From the NCBI GenBank assembly GCA_048213135.1, contig PS015009.1, forward strand, positions 2,232,001 to 2,296,000: DNA of 64,000 bases, given 5' to 3'. The notes under the pieces were generated by a model that saw only the letters and a program-made list of their open reading frames with translations, was not told the origin of the DNA and did no database searches. Position 1 is the stretch's first letter. Each line of letters opens with the position of its first letter. Origin of the DNA: Reclinomonas americana ATCC 50394 (taxonomy: Eukaryota). Below are positions 57,315 through 64,000 of the stretch, piece after piece. Both the position numbers and the translations under genes were made by a program.

Positions 57315-58832
57315 ATGAAGCGTTTGCTATTTGCCATATTCCTTCTCTCTTTTGTATTACCATTCACCACCAGGGCGCAGCAGGTTATTTTCTCCGATTA
57401 TGAACGGCAGGACGGGCGTGATATGGACTTTGAAGTGATCGGTAAAATGAATGGCAATATACTGGTGTATAAGAATATCGGGTGGCGTCACCGGCTTAAT
57501 GTATTCGACGCTTCCATGAAAACGATTGAAACGATCAACCTCGATTTTGTGCAGGAGAAAACGTTTAACATGGATTTTGTTACCTACCCGGATCATTTCT
57601 ATATGATCTACCAGTACCAGAAAAAGAACATCGTATACTGCATGGCCGCGAAAATGGATGCCAATGGCCATAAGGTTGGCGATCCCATACAACTCGACAC
57701 CACACAAATACCGGTAATGGCGGATAATAAAATTTATTCCACCATCAGCAGCGACGACAAACAGCAGATCATGGTGTTCAAGATCCATAAAAAGAATGAA
57801 CGCTACAACCTGGTCAGCCTGTTGTTCAACAGCCAGCTGGAATTGCAGCGTAAAAGCAGGGAGGTGATACCGTTCAACGACCGCAGGGATAATTTCGGCG
57901 ATTTCGTTCTTGATAATGAAGGAAACCTGGCCTTTACCATCGCAACGCAGGCGGGCTACCGCGAAAACAACAATGCCCTGCAGCTCATTACCAAATCACC
58001 GGCGTCGGATACTGTTTCCTGGCATAAAATTGATCTCAGCGAAAGATATATTGATGAGGTTAAACTGAAAGTGGATAATCTCAATAAACGGTATCTCATC
58101 AACTCACTTTATTATAAAAAAAGCCGTGGCAGCATTGAAGGTCTTTTCAATTACAGCTGGGATAAGGTCAATGCCAAACCGGCGTCATCAGGGTTTACGC
58201 AGTTGTATGACACGTTGCGTAATGAGGCCAAGAATGAGGGGCTGCTCCGTTTTGCTTTTGATGATTTCCTGATCCGCCAGGTAGTTGTAAAAAAAGACGG
58301 CGGGTACATTCTTACAGCAGAAGATTTTTCGAGCCAGAACCGTGGCAATTTCGGAAGTCCCTGGAACCGCTGGGATTATTTCAATAGTCCGTATACCTAT
58401 AATTCAGGATATTACTATTACAGTCCTTACGGGTACTACCGCCCCTGGAACCGCTTCAACAACCAGCAGCAGAGTGTGCGGTATTATTATGCCAACATCA
58501 TTATCCTGGGCGTGGATAAGAACGGGCAGGTGCAATGGAGCAAAGTGATCCCTAAAGACCAGTTTGATGATGATGATGACCGCTTCATGTCCTTTTCCCT
58601 CATGAACTCCGGCGGTGAACTGCATTTTCTTTTTAATGAAAATGGTAAGTACCAGGTAATGGCCGACCACAGCATCAACACGGATGGTAAACTAACCCGC
58701 AACCCCACACTCAAAAGCCAGGAGAAGGGCTACCAGTTTATGCCGGTGATGGCCAAACAAACAGGTGCCAGGCAGATCATTATTCCCTGCTCGTACAGGG
58801 GATTTATCTGTTTCGCGAAAGTGGACTTCTGA
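57315..58832 (+). CDS. Secreted hypothetical protein (beta-rich, Tyr/Trp-rich loop)
   Basis: Signal peptide MKRLLFAIFLLSFVLPFTTRA; 505-aa open frame. Confidence 0.75.
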   Translation: MKRLLFAIFLLSFVLPFTTRAQQVIFSDYERQDGRDMDFEVIGKMNGNILVYKNIGWRHRLNVFDASMKTIETINLDFVQEKTFNMDFVTYPDHFYMIYQYQKKNIVYCMAAKMDANGHKVGDPIQLDTTQIPVMADNKIYSTISSDDKQQIMVFKIHKKNERYNLVSLLFNSQLELQRKSREVIPFNDRRDNFGDFVLDNEGNLAFTIATQAGYRENNNALQLITKSPASDTVSWHKIDLSERYIDEVKLKVDNLNKRYLINSLYYKKSRGSIEGLFNYSWDKVNAKPASSGFTQLYDTLRNEAKNEGLLRFAFDDFLIRQVVVKKDGGYILTAEDFSSQNRGNFGSPWNRWDYFNSPYTYNSGYYYYSPYGYYRPWNRFNNQQQSVRYYYANIIILGVDKNGQVQWSKVIPKDQFDDDDDRFMSFSLMNSGGELHFLFNENGKYQVMADHSINTDGKLTRNPTLKSQEKGYQFMPVMAKQTGARQIIIPCSYRGFICFAKVDF

Positions 58833-58910
58833 TCCCGGTCAATACCACATTTTCATATTTACACATCTGCACATTGTTGTACTTTTGCGGGATAAACAAT
58901 TCTTCGCATT

Positions 58911-59891
58911 GTGACCGGCACATTCAAAGCCAATAACCCATATAATACGTTTCTCCTGTTCATTTACGGGTTGTTGCTGAAGCTGCCTTTGTTTTTACAT
59001 CCGCAGGTACCGCAGCCACAGCAGATCGACGGGTTCCTGTATAAATACCTGCTGAAGCAATTGCATCCGCTGGGCAGTTCCTTACCGGTCATCTATTCCA
59101 TCATCACGTTCCTGCTCCTGTATACGCAGGCCATCAGTTTTAATAAGCTGGTGAATGATCAGCGGCTGATGCAAAAGCCCAATTACCTTACGGGAATGAG
59201 CTACCTGCTCATTACCTCGCTTTTCCCGGAATGGAATATGTTGTCGGCCCCGCTTATCATCAATACCCTCCTCATATGGGTATGGGCACGAATGAGCGGT
59301 CTCTATAACAGCAATACACCCAAATCATCGTTATTCAACATTGGTATCGCCATTGGTATTTCCACCTTCTTTTATTTTCCATCGCTGGCATTTGCGGCGC
59401 TCATCATATTCGGACTGGCGCTTACCCGTCCGTTCCGTATCGCTGAATGGCTGATCGCCCTGCTGGGCATCATCACGCCTTATTATTTTTTATTGTCATG
59501 GGTGTTCCTTACCGACAGGTGGCAGGGATACCATTTTCCCGGGTTTGCCGTTACCACGCCCCATTTTGACCAGACCAGCTGGGCCTATGCCGCCGTCATC
59601 ATCGTACTGATCACCTCTGTTACCGGGCTTTTCTTTGTACAGCAGAACTTTCGCCGGCAGCTGATACAGACCCGCAAAAGCTGGAGCCTCGTTTTCCTGT
59701 ACCTGCTGGTGGCTGTTTTTGTTCCCTTTGTAAACGCCACGCATACGTTCGATTACTGGATTCTTTGTGCCGTGCCGCTCTCCGCCCTGCTGGGGGCCGC
59801 GTTCCTTTATCCCACCCGCAAATGGTTCCCACTGGTACTGCACTGGCTGATGGTGGCTTTTGTGATAGCGTTGAATTATTTTATCCACTGA
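58911..59891 (+). CDS. Multi-pass membrane protein (DUF6427-like)
   Basis: Many TMs; GTG start; TACTTTTG promoter box at 58880. Confidence 0.7.
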   Translation: MTGTFKANNPYNTFLLFIYGLLLKLPLFLHPQVPQPQQIDGFLYKYLLKQLHPLGSSLPVIYSIITFLLLYTQAISFNKLVNDQRLMQKPNYLTGMSYLLITSLFPEWNMLSAPLIINTLLIWVWARMSGLYNSNTPKSSLFNIGIAIGISTFFYFPSLAFAALIIFGLALTRPFRIAEWLIALLGIITPYYFLLSWVFLTDRWQGYHFPGFAVTTPHFDQTSWAYAAVIIVLITSVTGLFFVQQNFRRQLIQTRKSWSLVFLYLLVAVFVPFVNATHTFDYWILCAVPLSALLGAAFLYPTRKWFPLVLHWLMVAFVIALNYFIH

Positions 59892-60045
59892 TGATAATTA
59901 CGAATTAGCGGTTACGAATTTTTCCGGGTATTCAGGGTTCATATCCGGTATCTGGTATCCTGCATCTTATCTCCCGCATTTCACATCCTTCTTTTGCCCC
60001 CTCCCGATTTAGTAGTAACTTTGCATTTCCAACAAACAAGCTCCC

Positions 60046-60717
60046 ATGAAATTCGGCGTAGTAGTTTTTCCCGGCAGTAACTGTGACAGGGATATGATTG
60101 ATGCCCTCCGCAACGACCTGGGCCAGGAAGTGATCCAGCTCTGGCATAAAGACCGCGACATCAGCCAGTTCTCCACCGATGATTGTATTGTTCTTCCCGG
60201 CGGGTTCAGCTATGGTGATTACCTGCGCTGCGGCGCCATTGCCCGTTTCAGTCCCATGATGCAGAGCGTTATCGATTTTGCCAACAACGGCGGAAAAGTA
60301 CTTGGCGTTTGCAACGGTTTTCAGATACTCTGCGAAAGCGGGCTGTTACCCGGCGCCCTGCTGCGCAATGAACAACAGCAATTCGTTTGTAAGAATATAT
60401 TTATGAAGGAAGGCACAGGTGAAGCGGCCCCTGCTTTAAAAGTACCCGTAGCGCATGGAGAGGGCAGGTATTTTGCCAATAAAGCCACCCTGGAAGAGCT
60501 GGAAATGCACCGGCAGATCATTTACCGCTACTGCGACGAAAAAGGATCGGTATGCGGTGAGGCCAACCCCAACGGGGCCATGCACAATATCGCCGGTATC
60601 TGCAACCGCGACAGGAATGTTTTTGGTATGATGCCCCACCCCGAAAGGGCCTGCAGTACAGCGCTGGGTAACCTCGACGGCCGTAAAGTATTCAGCCATC
60701 TTTTTGGTATAGGGTAA
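60046..60717 (+). CDS. purQ: FGAM synthase glutaminase subunit PurQ
   Basis: [34 protein letters not shown] and GMMPHPER motifs; TAACTTTG box at 60016. Confidence 0.97.
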   Translation: MKFGVVVFPGSNCDRDMIDALRNDLGQEVIQLWHKDRDISQFSTDDCIVLPGGFSYGDYLRCGAIARFSPMMQSVIDFANNGGKVLGVCNGFQILCESGLLPGALLRNEQQQFVCKNIFMKEGTGEAAPALKVPVAHGEGRYFANKATLEELEMHRQIIYRYCDEKGSVCGEANPNGAMHNIAGICNRDRNVFGMMPHPERACSTALGNLDGRKVFSHLFGIG

Positions 60718-60819
60718 CGTTAAAAAAAGGATAAAGGCGCCCGCCGGGCCATCCATTCCCCGGCAAAGCAGCGTACATTTGCGGAGCGCAGTTGCGCCAG
60801 AATTGATAAATTCGCTAAC

Positions 60820-61257
60820 ATGAAAAGAATATTACTTGCCATCGCTTTATTCACCGGTATTGCATCGGTAAAAGCGCAGATACTGAACCCGGTTAAGTTC
60901 AGCTACACAGCTAAAAAAACAAAGGCCAATGAATACGAAGTGCGCATAAAAGCAACTATCGATCCCAAGTGGCATATGTATTCAGCTTATAACCCCGATG
61001 CAGGGGCCGGCCCGACCATACTCAGCTTCACCGGCAGCGAAAAAGTTGGCGCGGTAAAGGAAGTGGGAAAAATGAAAACAGCCTACGATAAGAACTTTAA
61101 ATCGGACCAGAAATACTTCGAGAACACGGTGGATTTTGTACAGGTGGTTAAGGTAAAACCCGGCGCCACAAAGGTGCAGGGCTCTATCGAATACATCGTT
61201 TGCAACGATTCCAAGTGCCTCCCTCCCAAAGAAGTGCCGTTCGAGATCAAATTATAA
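60820..61257 (+). CDS. Stand-alone DsbD N-terminal (alpha) domain protein
   Basis: Signal peptide; WHMYS and YIVCNDSKCLPP (CxxxxC); TACATTTG box at 60774. Confidence 0.85.
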   Translation: MKRILLAIALFTGIASVKAQILNPVKFSYTAKKTKANEYEVRIKATIDPKWHMYSAYNPDAGAGPTILSFTGSEKVGAVKEVGKMKTAYDKNFKSDQKYFENTVDFVQVVKVKPGATKVQGSIEYIVCNDSKCLPPKEVPFEIKL

Positions 61258-61273
61258 TCAACAGAATATTATG

Positions 61274-61302
61274 AAAGGATAACGGCAATCGTTATCCTTT
61301 TT
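61274..61302 (+). terminator. Hairpin/terminator between the two DsbD parts
   Basis: AAAGGATAACG-gcaat-CGTTATCCTTT followed by T. Confidence 0.7.
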
Positions 61303-61315
61303 TATTTTTGCATAT

Positions 61316-62890
61316 ATGAGGAACAAAGCGTTTTTATTAACCACCTTACTGCTGCTGACCGGTTTCTCGCTTTTGGCGCAAACACCAATCAATGCAGCCG
61401 CTGAACCTTCTTTGTGGGTGATATTCCTGGGCGGACTGGCAGCGGGCTTTGCCGCATTTGTAATGCCCTGCATTTATGCCATGGTGCCCGTAACCGTGGG
61501 CTTCTTCACCAAACGCAGCGCCACCCGCCGCAAAGGGATCATCAATGCCACAGCTTATGCGGCATCCATCATCCTCATCTTTACCCTTATTGGCGTAGCC
61601 ATTGCTGTTACCAAACAGGGTAGCTGGGTAAACGATTTCTCCAGCAGCGCGGCGTTCAATATTTTCGTTTTTGCGCTGTTCCTCGTATTTGGTATTTCTT
61701 TCCTCGGCGCTTTCGAGATCACGCTGCCTTCATCTGTGGCCAACAGGGTAGATGCCAGGTCCAACTCTTCCAGTTTTACCGGCATTTTCTTTATGGCGCT
61801 TACGCTGGTGATCGTATCATTTTCCTGCACGGTGGCGTTCATCGGCGGACTCATACCGCTGCTCATCAAGGGCAGTTTCATCAAACCTATTGTAGGATTC
61901 TTTGCCTTCGGGCTGGCCATAGCACTGCCTTTCGCACTGCTGGCTTATTTCCCCGCATTGCTGAACCGGATCGCCAAATCGGGCGGATGGCTCAACAGCC
62001 TTAAAGTATGTTTCGGTTTCCTGGAACTGGCGCTGTCGCTGAAATTTTTGTCCAATGCCGACCTGGCCTATCACTGGCGCCTGCTCGACAGGGAGGTTTA
62101 CCTCGCCCTGTGGATCGTGATCTTTGCACTGATGGGGCTGTACCTGCTGGGCAAACTCAAATTCAGTCATGATGATGAACTGCCCAAGAACGACTACGGC
62201 TTACCCTATCTTACCGTAACCCGGTTGTTCTTCGCGATAACTGTATTCTCTTTCGTGGTATACCTGATCCCCGGCCTGTGGGGCGCCCCGCTGAAAGGCA
62301 TCAGCGCCTGGATACCGGAAACCAAAACGCAGGACTTTAACCTGCATAAATCCTCTTTACTGGAACGCAATAATGCAACGGATACGGCAACAACATCGGG
62401 CAATACGGTAAAACCCAAAAAATACACCTCCTTCCTGGAATCGGAAATACTGGGTGTGGAAGCTTTCTTTGAATATGAAGAAGCGCTGGCTGCCGCTAAA
62501 GCGATGAACAAACCGGTGATGATCGACTTTACCGGTCATACCTGTGCCAACTGCCGTAAAATGGAAAGTGAAGTACTGAACCAGGACGAAATCAGGAATA
62601 CGCTGAAAAAAGATTTTGTGCTGGCCTCACTGTATGTGGATGACAAATACGCACTCCCCGAAAGCGAACACTATACCTCAGCAATCGATGGCAGTTTCAT
62701 CAAAAGGATGGGGTCGCGTAACCTCGACCTGGAGATGACCCTGGCCAATTCCAACGCCCAGCCTTTGTATCTTTTTGTTGATAAGGATGGCAAGCTCATT
62801 AAAAACGCGGATGGCTACAATCCGGATATCAGTCGCTTTAAAAATATTCTTGAAGAAGTGAAAGCGGAGCATAAGAAGAGGTTCCCTTAG
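61316..62890 (+). CDS. DsbD/CcdA transmembrane domain plus thioredoxin-like domain
   Basis: MPCIYAMVP, SFSCT, KSGGWLN and DFTGHTCANCRKME motifs. Confidence 0.9.
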   Translation: MRNKAFLLTTLLLLTGFSLLAQTPINAAAEPSLWVIFLGGLAAGFAAFVMPCIYAMVPVTVGFFTKRSATRRKGIINATAYAASIILIFTLIGVAIAVTKQGSWVNDFSSSAAFNIFVFALFLVFGISFLGAFEITLPSSVANRVDARSNSSSFTGIFFMALTLVIVSFSCTVAFIGGLIPLLIKGSFIKPIVGFFAFGLAIALPFALLAYFPALLNRIAKSGGWLNSLKVCFGFLELALSLKFLSNADLAYHWRLLDREVYLALWIVIFALMGLYLLGKLKFSHDDELPKNDYGLPYLTVTRLFFAITVFSFVVYLIPGLWGAPLKGISAWIPETKTQDFNLHKSSLLERNNATDTATTSGNTVKPKKYTSFLESEILGVEAFFEYEEALAAAKAMNKPVMIDFTGHTCANCRKMESEVLNQDEIRNTLKKDFVLASLYVDDKYALPESEHYTSAIDGSFIKRMGSRNLDLEMTLANSNAQPLYLFVDKDGKLIKNADGYNPDISRFKNILEEVKAEHKKRFP

Positions 62891-62930
62891 TAAATGTGCA
62901 AATGTGCGGATATGCAGATGAGCCAATATT

Positions 62931-64000
62931 TTAATCAAATACTTTTTTCTCCAGTCCGGGCCATACCTGTTGCAGGCTGATCCTGGGTTTGCGGCAGATG
63001 CAAACAGAAGTATTGTTCTCTTCACCTGTGTAGGGGTGCGTGATCTTTTTCACGAGTGTTACTTCCCCGAAGAACTGTTTCATATCATCCGGGCTTTTCC
63101 CGATACTGATCAGTACATCGCCTCTTTTATTGCCCGGTCCCCACAACCAGAAACTGCCGTGACTGCACACCGGTTCAGGTAAACTATATTTTTTACCGAG
63201 CAGGAAGACGGCGCCGGCTTCTCCATAATTGGAAGCCAGTATCACCGCCTGTTCCTTATCTGCAGGCGGGAGACTGCGGTACACACTGTCGGTAACCTGT
63301 ACCATATCGTTCCAGCCAAACATATCCGCATAATCGCTGGTGAGTTGGACCCTGCCATCATCTCCGGGCTTAAGGTGTTTGTAGGCTACATATTTTTCAA
63401 CCGGCAATACGGGTATGGCATCGGGTACAAAAGGTATTACGGGTAAAATAAGGATGGCCGCCACCACGTAATTCCACACCGGTCGTTTGGTAAACCATTG
63501 TTCTATCTGCACCGATCCTGCGGCGAACAATACCGGGTAGGCCGCGAAAAAATAATAGGATTTGGATTGCAGTATCCACATCGTCACAAAAATAAAAATG
63601 ACGGACACCGACAAAGCTTTGTAAGGTTTCAGTTTAGGATTGATGAAAAAAGCCACAGCGCCGATAAGGCTGATAATGAATGTGAATGGCAGTTTCAGCT
63701 GGTCTTTACCAAAAGCGGCTGGACTGATCTCCGATAATTGCGCCTCCTTCAGTTTCTGGTAATGCAGCGCAATGGGGAAATGATGCTGCCATTGCCAGAT
63801 GATATTGGGAAGAAGGATCAGTATGGCGATGATACCGGCTATGTACAGCCATTTGTCGCGGAATATCCTTCCTTTATCAAAGAACAGCAACCCAACCACA
63901 AGGCCTCCGCCCCAGATGAGCATGGTATACTTGGTGAGCAATCCCAGTCCGGCGGTTATGCCCAGCGCAATCGCCCACGCGGCCTGTTTGGTTTTGATGA
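62931..64000 (-). CDS. Glycosyltransferase family 39 (ArnT/PMT-like), 5' end beyond window
   Basis: LGLLTKYT...LPNIIWQWQHHFP...KSYYFFAAYP...YADMFGW...NYGEAGA. Confidence 0.8.
   Translation of the reverse strand, partial: IKTKQAAWAIALGITAGLGLLTKYTMLIWGGGLVVGLLFFDKGRIFRDKWLYIAGIIAILILLPNIIWQWQHHFPIALHYQKLKEAQLSEISPAAFGKDQLKLPFTFIISLIGAVAFFINPKLKPYKALSVSVIFIFVTMWILQSKSYYFFAAYPVLFAAGSVQIEQWFTKRPVWNYVVAAILILPVIPFVPDAIPVLPVEKYVAYKHLKPGDDGRVQLTSDYADMFGWNDMVQVTDSVYRSLPPADKEQAVILASNYGEAGAVFLLGKKYSLPEPVCSHGSFWLWGPGNKRGDVLISIGKSPDDMKQFFGEVTLVKKITHPYTGEENNTSVCICRKPRISLQQVWPGLEKKVFD

Noticed and set aside
1-64000. tRNA, rRNA, transposase, integrase or prophage genes
   Set aside because: None recognised by eye; a tRNAscan/Infernal/HMM run would be needed to exclude them formally.

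Overview
This window looks like Bacteroidota chromosomal DNA, most likely Chitinophagaceae, judged from the TAnnTTTG promoter boxes, the lack of SD sequences, a T9SS type-B substrate and a long-tailed FtsZ. 1-3.3 kb holds an acyltransferase, a YqgE/AlgH protein, an orphan histidine kinase and a DUF3052 protein. 3.5-20.2 kb is a Bacteroidota-type dcw cluster (mraZ-rsmH-ftsL-ftsI-murE-mraY-murD-ftsW-murG-murC-ftsQ-ftsA-ftsZ). The roughly 1.2 kb after ftsZ has no credible gene and is densely structured: a terminator, REP-like GGTCTC/GACC hairpins, a strictly phased array of 13 x 21-bp units (conserved GTAACTT core, variable 14-nt spacers), then an AT-rich, cassette-like DUF4304 + GNAT pair. The remainder is mixed accessory and housekeeping genes: CsgG-like, DUF2490, a TPR lipoprotein, a JmjC-like oxygenase divergent from a 59-aa peptide, kup, two alpha/beta hydrolases, oxyR, two LD-carboxypeptidases around a T9SS-B protein, an ECF sigma module, metG, a WG-repeat protein, an LTA-synthase-like protein, fadN-like, an M10-like peptidase, an ABC transporter, purQ, a split DsbD and a GT39 protein. 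Three genes show +/-1 frameshifts in A/T homopolymers, probably sequencing errors. There is a 20-N gap at 46416-46435. I recognised no rRNA, tRNA, transposase, integrase or cas gene. All family calls come from reading motifs by eye, not from database searches.
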